Below, in pieces: positions 9,658 through 18,564 of a stretch of 64,000 nucleotides of DNA. The stretch lies in IMG/VR virus record IMGVR_UViG_2927464213_000002, positions 32,001 through 96,000 of that record. One strand, written 5' to 3'. The stretch comes from a virus (taxonomy: Duplodnaviria; Caudoviricetes). The position numbers were made by a program, and so were the translations under genes. Positions within the stretch are counted from its first letter, which is position 1, and each line of letters begins with the position of its first letter. The notes under the pieces are model-generated. The model did not search any database, had not been told where the DNA came from, and saw nothing but the letters and a program-made list of their open reading frames with translations.

Positions 9658-9835
9658 TGTCGTTGCAGGGCCGGCTCACGATCGGGAGAAGGCCGAGCAT
9701 GTGGATGTCGAGAGTGATCGGCTCCACCCAGGCGAAGCCGGAGCGATCCCGATGCGTGTGGTTGAAGGTGACGGTCTGGACGACGACCGTGCCGAACGGC
9801 AGGCGTTGTCCTGGTGGCATCCCGATGGCGAACAT
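9641..9835 (-). CDS. Small hypothetical protein ending in an ssrA-tag-like NDNEEAA
   Basis: GGGAGG RBS; C-terminus PCNDNEEAA. Confidence 0.55.
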   Translation of the reverse strand: MFAIGMPPGQRLPFGTVVVQTVTFNHTHRDRSGFAWVEPITLDIHMLGLLPIVSRPCNDNEEAA

Positions 9836-9994
9836 CAGATCCTCCCTTCGTTTGCATTAGAATTGCATAGCATTTGCATTCAAGCAAGTGCTATTTCACG
9901 AGTCCACCCAGAACAACAGCAAACGCTGCGGCCAGGAGGATTGCGAGCCCCAGGTTCCGAACGCTAAGGAACTCGCGCGGGTCCGCCTGGAGCC

Positions 9995-10393
9995 TTACTT
10001 CTTCTTCAGCCAGCCGACGTTGAGCATGACGGCGCCGTACTTGTTGCAGAAGAAGCGGTTGCCCTTCTTGTGATCGACCATCAGCTCTTCGAGGTTCGAG
10101 CGGACCTGCCGTGTTACCTCCGGGATCAGCTTGGAGCGGTCGTACTCCATGTCGGCGATCGCGAAGATGGCGTTCATGGTCGCCGGAGCGAAGGTGTCGA
10201 AGTCCGCGCCGATCTGGTCGGCGGCCTTACGAGGAGCGCCGTCGATGAACTCATAGCCATCGCACTTCAGCAGGACCATGGCAGAGATGGTCGAGAGAGC
10301 GATGAACTCCTTGTTGACGTTCTCGGCCGCGGCCGGGGTGAAGAAGCCAGACGCCAGCGTTGCCGCCAGCGCAGTGATTGCGCGCAGTTTCAT
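9995..10393 (-). CDS. Exported protein with signal peptide
   Basis: MKLRAITALAATLASGFFTPAAA; AAGGA RBS; two Cys. Confidence 0.7.
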   Translation of the reverse strand: MKLRAITALAATLASGFFTPAAAENVNKEFIALSTISAMVLLKCDGYEFIDGAPRKAADQIGADFDTFAPATMNAIFAIADMEYDRSKLIPEVTRQVRSNLEELMVDHKKGNRFFCNKYGAVMLNVGWLKKK

Positions 10394-10412
10394 GATCGTA
10401 GTTCCTTGTCGG

Positions 10413-10790
10413 TTATGGTTGCTGTCGCTGCTTGATGGAGGCGAAGATCATGTCCATCACCTCAGCGACTCGGAGGCGGGACTCTCGCTGTTGCCGAACG
10501 GCCCGGAGCCGGCAGAAGCGGCCGGACTTATCGAGCTGGGTCACCGGCACGTCTTCATAGCCGTGGCGGTAGGGTGGGGAGGCGGCCAGGATATCGACGA
10601 TGTGACGCATCATCGCCAGCCAGGGGTCGTTGAGGTCTGGATCGGTCGGCTTAGCCTTGTGCTGCTTCTCGATCTCGTACAGCCGGTTCGATGCCATGGT
10701 GAAGACATCCCGCATGTATCTGGTCGGGACGCCGGCAATCGTCGACGTTCCGTTGGGGTGATGCTGCACCCGGATGGCAAGCCGGTTCAC
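10413..10790 (-). CDS. Hypothetical protein
   Basis: GTG start overlapping upstream stop. Confidence 0.6.
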   Translation of the reverse strand: MNRLAIRVQHHPNGTSTIAGVPTRYMRDVFTMASNRLYEIEKQHKAKPTDPDLNDPWLAMMRHIVDILAASPPYRHGYEDVPVTQLDKSGRFCRLRAVRQQRESRLRVAEVMDMIFASIKQRQQP

Positions 10791-11083
10791 TGGACCTCTC
10801 CGCAACCGTTGCAGACATAGGCGTTCTGGTCGGGCGTCCATTCCCACTCAGACTCGATGCCGGCGTCGTTGCAGTCGCAGCCGATATCCTCCGCCTCGTA
10901 CACGGGCTCGGGATACTCGTTCATGCTGTTGTCTTCTTCCGGGGCGTCCAGCTTCCATGTCAGGTTGCCGTCGCCGTCGCAGTTCCAGTCGGTGACATGG
11001 CCGTCCTTGACCATGCAGCCGGTGTAGAAGCCGGGCGACTCCACCTTGGCGCACAGGGTGCATTTCGCTGTTGTGACCATCAC
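10787..11083 (-). CDS. Cys-rich (zinc-ribbon-like) acidic protein
   Basis: CTLC, CDC, CNGC motifs. Confidence 0.6.
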   Translation of the reverse strand: MMVTTAKCTLCAKVESPGFYTGCMVKDGHVTDWNCDGDGNLTWKLDAPEEDNSMNEYPEPVYEAEDIGCDCNDAGIESEWEWTPDQNAYVCNGCGEVQ

Positions 11084-11289
11084 TCGCCCTCCGGAGCTTC
11101 GTCGTCGAAGTACTCGCCGCTATCGATCGTGAGCACATCGACCAGTTGGACCGGGCCGCTCACGGTGAGGTCTTCCAGGAACTGGATGGCCGCATAGCAA
11201 CCGCCGGCACCCATCTCATCGCCCTGGAAGATGCGCTCGTGCTCGCCGCCGGACGGGTCGCGGTAGGTGATCTTGACCTTAACGCCCAT
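11080..11289 (-). CDS. Hypothetical protein
   Basis: GGAGGA RBS, coupled. Confidence 0.6.
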   Translation of the reverse strand: MGVKVKITYRDPSGGEHERIFQGDEMGAGGCYAAIQFLEDLTVSGPVQLVDVLTIDSGEYFDDEAPEGE

Positions 11290-11494
11290 TGGATTCCTCC
11301 CGCCGCACTTCCTCGTCGCGGATCTTCAGCAGCGCGATGTCGAGATCATCCCGCAGCTTGCGGGCCTGGATGATGTCGAGAACCTCACAGCAGCGCGTGC
11401 CACCCTTCGGTCCGATCAGGTAGACGATGACGCGGTCGTTCGGGTCGCGGTCGAATGATCCGCCGCTGGTGAAGCCGCTGACGAACTCACGCAT
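11279..11494 (-). CDS. Hypothetical protein
   Basis: Coupled ORF MREFVSG. Confidence 0.55.
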   Translation of the reverse strand: MREFVSGFTSGGSFDRDPNDRVIVYLIGPKGGTRCCEVLDIIQARKLRDDLDIALLKIRDEEVRREESNGR

Positions 11495-11747
11495 CGTCGT
11501 CATCCTCATCCTCCTCGTCGTCGACGGCGGTGAGCTGGTCGAACGTCCACTCGGCGCCGTTGTCGTCGAGGAAGACGGTCTTACCGTCCTTGGTCTCGGT
11601 GACCTGATCGTCATAGAAGATGACGGTGCCGTCGCCGTCGTGGACTGGCGTTCCGTCGTCCTCGATGCCGCTGATCCCGCAGCGGCCGGTCAACAGCTCC
11701 TTGGTGCCCTTGATCGGCGAGCCGGTTGGTGAGACGTATTCCTTCAC
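11487..11747 (-). CDS. Acidic hypothetical protein
   Basis: GTG start coupled to upstream stop. Confidence 0.6.
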   Translation of the reverse strand: MKEYVSPTGSPIKGTKELLTGRCGISGIEDDGTPVHDGDGTVIFYDDQVTETKDGKTVFLDDNGAEWTFDQLTAVDDEEDEDDDDA

Positions 11748-12043
11748 GACTCGCTCCGTTCGGTGATGGTTGCGCTGTAGGTGTGGATGTCGTCCCAGCC
11801 GACGACCGCAGACGGCGCGCCGGCCGGCATGATCGGCACCTCGAACACGCGGACGTGCTCGTCGAGGCCGAGCTTGCTCTCGCTCGTGGTATCCTCGGCG
11901 TCCATTTCGAAGTATTCGCGCCACAGCTTCACGGCTTCGCTGGCGTCGGTGGCCCAGACGAACAAGTCCTGATTGACCACGCCGTCCTCGTCCGAGTTGC
12001 ATTGATCGTTGGTCGGCGCGACCAGATACAGCATGCGTTCCAC
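11744..12043 (-). CDS. Hypothetical protein
   Basis: GGAGG RBS; 99 aa. Confidence 0.6.
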   Translation of the reverse strand: MERMLYLVAPTNDQCNSDEDGVVNQDLFVWATDASEAVKLWREYFEMDAEDTTSESKLGLDEHVRVFEVPIMPAGAPSAVVGWDDIHTYSATITERSES

Positions 12044-12044
12044 G

Positions 12045-12527
12045 TCAGCCCTCCGACGAAACGAGCACGGTGGTGAAGGTCGAGCCGTGGGCGTTCTCGA
12101 CGTCGGACCAGTCCTCGATCAGCATGTTGAGGATGCCGACCAGTTCGAGCGGGACCGGCACGTAGCAGGAGTAGGCGTCCTGCTCCTGGTGTTCGGCGAT
12201 TCCCTGCAGCCAGGTATCGAGGCGGGCGCGGTTGGTGACCGGGATGCCTTCCTCGTCCAGCTCCTCGTCGGACGGATGTTCGTCAATCCAGGTAATCAGG
12301 TCGTCCAGCTCGCTGGCGCTGCCGATCGCCAGCATCCACGCCTTGTCGAGCTGCGCCTTCGGCAGCGACTCCAGCACGGTGCGGGTTTCGAGATCCACGT
12401 CGTTCATGTCGCGGATGCGATAGCCGGCGCCGATCATGATGTCGCCGATCGCGGACAGCGTGTCGCTGTCCCATTCCACGCCATCCATCTGTTCCTGGAT
12501 GGCAAGCATTGCCTGATGGTCGTCCAT
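12045..12527 (-). CDS. Acidic hypothetical protein
   Basis: TAATG coupling. Confidence 0.65.
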   Translation of the reverse strand: MDDHQAMLAIQEQMDGVEWDSDTLSAIGDIMIGAGYRIRDMNDVDLETRTVLESLPKAQLDKAWMLAIGSASELDDLITWIDEHPSDEELDEEGIPVTNRARLDTWLQGIAEHQEQDAYSCYVPVPLELVGILNMLIEDWSDVENAHGSTFTTVLVSSEG

Positions 12528-13123
12528 TACGGCCTCTCGGGTTTGGTGATTTCGGTGTCGCGGATGGCGTCGATCACGAAGCCGCCCCGGCCGCGGGTTG
12601 CGTAGAGCCTGGCATCGATCAGGAACCACTTCTCGACGTGCTGGCATTTGGCGCACACGCCGACCTTGTCTTTCGGCACCCAGTGCGCCCAGTCACCCCA
12701 CGCGGAAGTGACGACGAACTTGTCCTTGTTCTCGATCTCGAACAGCTTTTCGTCGCGGATCAGGGACTGGCCCTTCTCCAGCGTGACGCCGAAGAACTGC
12801 TCGTATTCCTCCGGGTGCCAGTTGCGGAACGTCTCGACCGCGATGTCGTATTCGCTCCGGTCGGGCTTGCCCTCGATCTTGATGGTGCGCTGGAAGGCGA
12901 TCGGGTGGATCACGGCGGCGATCGACCACTGGCAATCCTCCTCGTACCAGCCAGCCTCGGCCCGCATGTACTTCGGGACCGCCGCGTTGCGCTCACGGGA
13001 CAGCTTGATGCCGCCGTGGCTCGCAGTTGAGACGGTCCAGATGCCGGGCGCCAACTCGCGCTTCTCCTGGATGGCGCCCCACGGCGACGACTGCGGGCAG
13101 GGGGCCCGCTGATACTCGGTCAT
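12527..13123 (-). CDS. DUF7007-like protein of mobile elements
   Basis: SPWGAIQ...VSTASHGGIKLS...GWYEEDCQW motif. Confidence 0.65.
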   Translation of the reverse strand: MTEYQRAPCPQSSPWGAIQEKRELAPGIWTVSTASHGGIKLSRERNAAVPKYMRAEAGWYEEDCQWSIAAVIHPIAFQRTIKIEGKPDRSEYDIAVETFRNWHPEEYEQFFGVTLEKGQSLIRDEKLFEIENKDKFVVTSAWGDWAHWVPKDKVGVCAKCQHVEKWFLIDARLYATRGRGGFVIDAIRDTEITKPERP

Positions 13124-13124
13124 C

Positions 13125-13502
13125 TCAGTCCTCGAATTTGATCTTGCGGAAAGCGAGATGGCTCTTCGCATACGGGGTGATCTCGCCACGGTCGTAGGCG
13201 AGGGCGTAGGTCGGGCAGCGGACGAACACGCAGTTCGACGGCTCTTCGTCCGAGTCGCTTTCGTCATGCTCGGTGGTGAAGCCGAAGTGACATTCGTCGA
13301 AGTGCTTGTCGCCCTTTCGCAACGGACGCCACCACCACTCGTCATCGTCGAGCGACCATCCGGCATCGATTGCCGCCTGATGGATGCGGTGAGCTTTCTC
13401 GATCAGGTCGAGACCCTTCAGCGCGGCGGCGACCTGGCTGCGGCGGATGCCATGCATCGACTGGATGACATGGCGGATATCGTGGGTGAACAGCGGCTGC
13501 AT
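13125..13502 (-). CDS. Hypothetical protein
   Basis: 125-aa ORF in operon. Confidence 0.6.
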   Translation of the reverse strand: MQPLFTHDIRHVIQSMHGIRRSQVAAALKGLDLIEKAHRIHQAAIDAGWSLDDDEWWWRPLRKGDKHFDECHFGFTTEHDESDSDEEPSNCVFVRCPTYALAYDRGEITPYAKSHLAFRKIKFED

Positions 13503-13504
13503 GG

Positions 13505-13681
13505 TCAGTCCTGTGGGAAGTAGACGGCGATCGCCTCAAGCTGCGTGCAGAGCGTGTGATGACCGACGAACTGTCCCGCCTGCCACCACAGCCATTGAAA
13601 GGTGAAGGGAAGATGCGGGCATGCATCGTTCCCTTCGAGGCCGGCTTGGAGTCCGGCGTCGTAGTAGTCGAACGGGTTCAT
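13505..13681 (-). CDS. Small hypothetical protein
   Basis: ATGA coupling; YDAGLQAGLEG..CPH..WWQAG pattern loosely like ribosome modulation factor. Confidence 0.5.
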   Translation of the reverse strand: MNPFDYYDAGLQAGLEGNDACPHLPFTFQWLWWQAGQFVGHHTLCTQLEAIAVYFPQD

Positions 13682-14331
13682 CGGAAGCCCGGACCAACTG
13701 GCGTCAGGTCGTACTTCTCGCCGAGCCACTTCACGAATGCCGGCGGCGTCTCGCCTTGCTCGAAGGCGGAGAGCATCCGGCTATCGGTTGGATCACCGCT
13801 GCTCTTGCGGTCGTCGGTGACCAGCTCCTCGTAAGCCCACTGTTGGCGAGCCTGGCTCTTGCAATCATCCTCGTAGCGGAGCCACGCGAACTCCTGTGCC
13901 ACCAGCTGGGCCGCGCTGTGTGCGTCGATCAGTCCGCCGCCGGTATAGATGTAGTCGCCGCGATACATCGACGCCTTGCCGTCCTTGCAGACAGCGTGCT
14001 TCAGCATGGCCGGGATCACCTCCCAGTCGTAAGACCAGTAGCTGAAGAACTCCTCGTCGTTGGCGGTGAGGATGTTGTAGATCTCCAGGCACCACAGGCC
14101 GAGGACGATCGACTGCGAGCGCATCTCGGCCGAGCCGCACTGCTCCCGCATCTCGATCCATTCGACGCGGATCGCGGCCATGGAGTGCGGGTCCTTCTTG
14201 GCCGCCTTCTCGAGTTTTGCGACCTGCGCCTCGGTGCCGAGCGTCCACTCGTTGAGGCATTCCCACACGCAGAGGGCGGCCTCCACCTGCAAGGCGGTAT
14301 AGGTCTCGGGCTCTTTCTTCTTCCTAGCCAT
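13678..14331 (-). CDS. Hypothetical protein
   Basis: 217-aa ORF, GGAGGAG RBS. Confidence 0.7.
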   Translation of the reverse strand: MARKKKEPETYTALQVEAALCVWECLNEWTLGTEAQVAKLEKAAKKDPHSMAAIRVEWIEMREQCGSAEMRSQSIVLGLWCLEIYNILTANDEEFFSYWSYDWEVIPAMLKHAVCKDGKASMYRGDYIYTGGGLIDAHSAAQLVAQEFAWLRYEDDCKSQARQQWAYEELVTDDRKSSGDPTDSRMLSAFEQGETPPAFVKWLGEKYDLTPVGPGFR

Positions 14332-14686
14332 TGTCGATCTCCTCCAGCAGCTTGACGGCGTCGCCCTTCAGGGCGTTGAGGTCGAGGCGAACGGGGATGC
14401 CGTGCATCACCTCGACGGGGTTGACGAAAGCGCGAACGATCTTGAGCAGCCGCTCGACCCGGTCCTTCGCTCGATCGAGCGGACCGTCGAGGTAGGCCAG
14501 CGAGTCGCATTCGGGGCAGCGTCCGCACGGAGATGCGTCGCCCGGTGTCAGGCTGCAGTCGTCGATCTCGGCGCACTCGATCGCGGTGCCGGACCAGTCA
14601 CAGCTGCCGCAACAGCAGACCAGCTGGTCGGGTGCGCTCATGAACGCGATCTCGGCGGAGTAGGTGTCGCCTTCGAGGTCAGCCAT
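14324..14686 (-). CDS. Zinc-finger-like protein
   Basis: CCCGSCDW...PCGRCPECDSL. Confidence 0.65.
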   Translation of the reverse strand: MADLEGDTYSAEIAFMSAPDQLVCCCGSCDWSGTAIECAEIDDCSLTPGDASPCGRCPECDSLAYLDGPLDRAKDRVERLLKIVRAFVNPVEVMHGIPVRLDLNALKGDAVKLLEEIDNG

Positions 14687-14913
14687 CAGCCCATCCTCGC
14701 TTTCAGCTTTTCCTGGATCTCCGTTGCGACGCCGACCCATGCGTGGCCGTTGATCAGCGGTGTATTGACCGCAGCCGGCTCGGCCTTCGCGACCAGCTCC
14801 GACCACTTGTCGAGCGCGTCGAGCACGAACAGCTGGGCGAGGGCGCCGTACTTGCTGTGCTCCATCAGCGATCGGACGAACGCCGTGTTCGTCTGTTGTC
14901 TTGTCGTCGCCAT
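14686..14913 (-). CDS. Hypothetical protein
   Basis: AAGGAG RBS directly after an operator copy. Confidence 0.65.
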   Translation of the reverse strand: MATTRQQTNTAFVRSLMEHSKYGALAQLFVLDALDKWSELVAKAEPAAVNTPLINGHAWVGVATEIQEKLKARMG

Positions 14914-14999
14914 TTCGTCTCCTTTGCATTCAAACAAGCGATTGGGCACGGCTCCGCTTTTCCTGAGGCTCAGGAAAAACTCGGCCTCGAATTAGTGTG

Positions 15000-15285
15000 G
15001 TTCGCGAGTGCTCTCTCCACCGCTTCGCCCTGTAGCCGCGGGGGACACGGCATCGACGGAGCAGGTTTCCCTCCAACCACGCTGCATCCTTCGGGGAGCA
15101 GCAGACCTCACAGTGTCCGCATGTGCGGCGTGCCGTATCACGCAAGGCAGGCGCTACACTGCGAGGACATCGAATTGCACCAGCGGATTGGTTTGCCCGC
15201 CGCTGGTCGGGCTGTGCGTCCGGTCGCTCGCGGCTTCACCGGTCCAAAAACTCAGTCACTCTCGTTCGGGGGTCACAGTGGGGGT
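15000..15285. ncRNA. Candidate structured RNA
   Basis: No credible ORF; nested complementary pairs TGTAGC 15031/GCTACA 15153 and ACGGCA 15047/TGCCGT 15131; tetraloop-capped hairpins. Confidence 0.4.
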
Positions 15286-15293
15286 CGCTTACT

Positions 15294-15437
15294 TCATGGC
15301 CGTGCTCCGTCGTCGTTGCTGTAACCGGGGACCTTCGCCTTGCGCTTCTTGTTGGGCACAACGCGGGGCTTGTACTTCGGCGTCCGCAGATCACGGGCGA
15401 TCGGCGAGCGTCGGCTCTGCGTCTTTCGCTTCTTCAT
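15294..15437 (-). CDS. Small basic ArfA-like protein
   Basis: MKKRKTQSRRSPIARDLRTPKYKPRVVPNKKRKAK; GGAG RBS. Confidence 0.55.
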   Translation of the reverse strand: MKKRKTQSRRSPIARDLRTPKYKPRVVPNKKRKAKVPGYSNDDGARP

Positions 15438-15705
15438 GTCTGGAACTCCGGTGAAATTGAATGGCCGGATAGCGCCGGCCTCGCCACTGCGTTTGGGTCG
15501 CAGCAACCTATGAGCGGGTACCCATTTCTCCGGGCCGCAAACTTCTTCATCATGGTCATGGGTGGCCATCATCGCCAGGCGCGGACGAAACGCCGAAGCT
15601 AGGCCGTTTGAAAATGCGAGACGGGATGAAACCGCTACTCGCCTCGTCCTGCGGGATTTTCCCTTGCCTTTGTGTGCAGACCCGCTTCAACCACACACAG
15701 GGACC

Positions 15706-15864
15706 TCAGGACTCGCTGGTGTTCGCCCAGCGAGGATTGATGCCGCGTCCGTCGATCGCCCAGCGGTTGGTCCGCCAGTAGAGATCGGCCTCACAGTGAC
15801 GGCGCTCGGCCGCACGGATGCGAGCCTGATAATCCTCGAACTTCGGCTCTTCACGCGCGTCCAT
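15706..15864 (-). CDS. Small hypothetical protein
   Basis: GGAGG RBS before MDARE. Confidence 0.45.
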   Translation of the reverse strand: MDAREEPKFEDYQARIRAAERRHCEADLYWRTNRWAIDGRGINPRWANTSES

Positions 15865-15999
15865 GGCTTGCCTCCAGCTGCGACAGCTCAGTTTCGAGCG
15901 GGTGGTAGTCCTCGAAGCGGGCATTGGCCCAGCCGTTGCGGGACATGTTTGACAGGATACGGATCAACGCCATGCGGCGGCGCTTGCGCTGCTTCTCGG

Positions 16000-16182
16000 T
16001 CATGGGTCCACCACGCGGCTATGGATGACGCTGTGAAACCATTCGTTCACGTTGCCCCGATCGTCCTTGCAGTAGACGCGGCGCTCGTTGAACGACTCGA
16101 CTGTGACCATCTCCTTGCGGAAGGTCGGGACCTTGTCGCCGGGCTTCAGTTCCTGGCCGGTCGGTTCGTAGATCAGCCGCAT
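16000..16182 (-). CDS. Small beta-barrel-like hypothetical protein
   Basis: TGATG coupling; ELKPGDKV motif. Confidence 0.6.
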   Translation of the reverse strand: MRLIYEPTGQELKPGDKVPTFRKEMVTVESFNERRVYCKDDRGNVNEWFHSVIHSRVVDP

Positions 16183-16652
16183 CACAGCCTCCAGTGCTGC
16201 ATGCGGGCACGCTGGTCCGCACGCTCATTGTCGTTGTCGGCCTTCGGATTGGCCTTGGTCAGCTCGCTGCCCTTGCGCAGCCAGCGCTTGCGGTCGTCGT
16301 CGCGGACGACGTATTCGTCGCCGTCGAGGACTTCCTTGACCTGCCCGACGAACGACCCTTTCGAGCCGACGCGGACCGAGCGCACCCAGTCATCCTTCTC
16401 GAACTTCATGCTCCGCCGAACCTTCCCATTTCGAGATCGAGTGTCGGTGTTCTCGTACGTGGCGATCAGCCGATAGACCCGGCCGTCCCTGATGTGCAGG
16501 GAGGCGAAGACGATGACGTCAGACTTCCTGCACTCCTCGAACGCCTTGCGGGCGTCCGCCTCGAATGCGTAGGTGTCGGTGTAGGCCTCGGTCATCGAGA
16601 CGTGCGTGACCTTGGCCGATTTGCGGACGGTGCCGTTCGCGGTGTCAGTCAC
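16182..16652 (-). CDS. Hypothetical protein, C-terminal KOW/SH3-like part (possible internal start 16409)
   Basis: MKFEKDDWVR..FVGQVKEV..YVVR pattern. Confidence 0.55.
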   Translation of the reverse strand: MTDTANGTVRKSAKVTHVSMTEAYTDTYAFEADARKAFEECRKSDVIVFASLHIRDGRVYRLIATYENTDTRSRNGKVRRSMKFEKDDWVRSVRVGSKGSFVGQVKEVLDGDEYVVRDDDRKRWLRKGSELTKANPKADNDNERADQRARMQHWRL

Positions 16653-16833
16653 GGCTCGCTCCCATGAACTTGCGGACGCCGGCCGCCAGCCCAGCGTCGT
16701 CGACGCCCTTGGCGATCAGATCCTCGGCATGCCTGTGGAGCGCCGGTATCGACATCATCGGGATGATCATGCCGGTGACGGCACGCTGGATGCGGGCGTC
16801 GTCGAGCGCCTGCTGCTTCTTGGTGCGCTTCAT
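16645..16833 (-). CDS. Hypothetical protein
   Basis: AAGGAG RBS. Confidence 0.6.
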   Translation of the reverse strand: MKRTKKQQALDDARIQRAVTGMIIPMMSIPALHRHAEDLIAKGVDDAGLAAGVRKFMGASRD

Positions 16834-17165
16834 GTCAGCTCCTTGCCGGGAAGGCCGCCCGTGCGGACGTGCGCTTCGCAGTTGGGGTACACTCGGGCCT
16901 GATCCCGAATGTGCGGGATGATGATCTCGACGCGGGCCAGCTCGGCCTCGCGCTCGGTGGCGTACTGCTTGGCGTTGCTGCGCCAGACGTCCCAGGTGTT
17001 GGCCGTGCCCATCGGGTTGAACCGATCGGTCAGGTACAGCACCTCGCGCTTGCCGCTGTTGTCGGCGGGGATGCCGTTCCACCACACGACGACGAACGTG
17101 TCGGGATTGTTGACGCGGTCGATCGTTGCCTGGGACGGTGGCCGGAAGCCTTCAGGGAACTTCAT
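16830..17165 (-). CDS. Hypothetical protein
   Basis: ATGA coupling, RBS. Confidence 0.6.
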   Translation of the reverse strand: MKFPEGFRPPSQATIDRVNNPDTFVVVWWNGIPADNSGKREVLYLTDRFNPMGTANTWDVWRSNAKQYATEREAELARVEIIIPHIRDQARVYPNCEAHVRTGGLPGKELT

Positions 17166-17311
17166 CGGCTTGCTCCCGTGGCTTTCCATTCGTGCTTCGG
17201 GCAGTACTGCCAGCACTTCGGCTCCAGCGGGTCCGCGTCACGCAGGGCTTGCGCCTCCTTGTCCGTGACGCGGACCACCTCATCCGAAAGGATGTGTTTC
17301 AGGCACTTCAT
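17162..17311 (-). CDS. Small hypothetical protein
   Basis: MKCLKHILSDEVVRVTD...WQYCPKHEWK. Confidence 0.55.
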   Translation of the reverse strand: MKCLKHILSDEVVRVTDKEAQALRDADPLEPKCWQYCPKHEWKATGASR

Positions 17312-17312
17312 C

Positions 17313-17474
17313 TCAGACCCATTTGGCAAATGCCGCACGGCAGGCGCGGGCATCGTTGAAACTGCGAGCAGCGGCGCGGGCGATCCTCATGGACCGCATG
17401 CCGACAGACTCGATGACGCCGTCACGGCGGACGACGAACAGGGTGGGGACGGGGCGTGGGACATTGCGCCGCAT
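17313..17474 (-). CDS. Small basic hypothetical protein
   Basis: Own translation MRRNVPRPVPTLFVV...; fills the gap exactly, GGGAG RBS. Confidence 0.5.
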   Translation of the reverse strand: MRRNVPRPVPTLFVVRRDGVIESVGMRSMRIARAAARSFNDARACRAAFAKWV

Positions 17475-17475
17475 G

Positions 17476-17781
17476 TCACGCTCCCGCGCAGGTCAGCGCG
17501 AAGCGGGCGGACCCGACCTTCGCGATGTTCTTGGCGTGGACGAGCTGTCCGTGCTCACGGGCGTCCTTGACGTAGTCCTCGCCCCACTGCAGGGCGAGCG
17601 CCGGAGCGTTTTCCTCGAAGTTGTCCCACTTCACGCGGGCGAAGTCCGGGTTGCTCTCCCAGAACTTCACGAACGTGCCGCGCCGCTGCGGGCCGGCCCC
17701 CGTGAACTGGCCGGTGTTCTTGAGGAAGGCTGCGGCATAGGCGACCCGATCGCCGGGCGCTGGCGCTGATGCGTTTGGCAT
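17476..17781 (-). CDS. Hypothetical protein (SH3-like pattern)
   Basis: PGDRVAY..RGTFV..ARVKWD. Confidence 0.65.
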   Translation of the reverse strand: MPNASAPAPGDRVAYAAAFLKNTGQFTGAGPQRRGTFVKFWESNPDFARVKWDNFEENAPALALQWGEDYVKDAREHGQLVHAKNIAKVGSARFALTCAGA

Positions 17782-17793
17782 TGGATTTCCTGA

Positions 17794-17994
17794 TCAGGTG
17801 CTGATGGGGGACAGCAACTCGCGAAGGGTGTCGGCGCGGGTCCAGCAGTCCGACACATTGCCGACCTCGTTCCATTGGAACGTGTGGGTCAGGGCCTTAT
17901 GTTCGGACGCTTTGATCTCGGCGCCGATCTCGGCCGCGCTCTTGCCGGTGGCCCAGCTGAGCGCGTTGTATCGAGCGTAGGACTGACCGCGCAC
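17794..17994 (-). CDS. Hypothetical protein
   Basis: GGAGG RBS, GTG start. Confidence 0.5.
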   Translation of the reverse strand: MRGQSYARYNALSWATGKSAAEIGAEIKASEHKALTHTFQWNEVGNVSDCWTRADTLRELLSPIST

Positions 17995-17997
17995 GGC

Positions 17998-18480
17998 TCA
18001 GACCTCCACCACGTTCCAGCCGTGCGGGATGCGACCACGCTCGGCGACCGGCTCGATCGCGGACACGTCGAGCTTGAAGAGGCTGGCGACGCCCTTCAGG
18101 TGATCGGCGAGTCTGTCGTAGTCCCAGCCACGGTGAAACCAGTTGTCGCGCTCGTCGTGAACGCTCTGGAGGCGGGTCAGCAGCCGCTGATGCTCCTTGA
18201 ACCACGGTGGCACGACCTGACCGAAGTGCTCGATCAGATTGTTGAGCGCGTTGCCGCCCGTGTTGGGCTTGTAGAGCGGCATCTCGGACATGTCGTCCAT
18301 CCGCGGATCGTACTTGTCGTCCGGGATGAAGTTGCCGGCGACGCAGCAGCGACCGGTCGGGTCTCTGTAGAGGCAGATGTCGTCGAGGCCAGTCGACGGG
18401 CCGGCGGACGAAGCGAAGAACGCACAGGCGGCGTCGAAAACTTCCTGGGCGGTCGGGGTCTTGTCGAAGAGGTGGGGCAT
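17998..18480 (-). CDS. Phage hypothetical protein
   Basis: TAQEVFD..CLYRDPTGRCCVAG..LTRLQSVHD; preceded by operator. Confidence 0.7.
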   Translation of the reverse strand: MPHLFDKTPTAQEVFDAACAFFASSAGPSTGLDDICLYRDPTGRCCVAGNFIPDDKYDPRMDDMSEMPLYKPNTGGNALNNLIEHFGQVVPPWFKEHQRLLTRLQSVHDERDNWFHRGWDYDRLADHLKGVASLFKLDVSAIEPVAERGRIPHGWNVVEV

Positions 18481-18564
18481 TGTCGCTCCGTTTGCGTTTG
18501 CGCTATTTGCATTCAAGCGAAGCGGAAGGCAAGCGCAAATTTGCCGTTCCGTGCTTTTCCGGTG

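Noticed and set aside
15575-15600. Hammerhead ribozyme (GGACGAAAC)
   Set aside because: No matching CTGANGA core or stem II partner nearby
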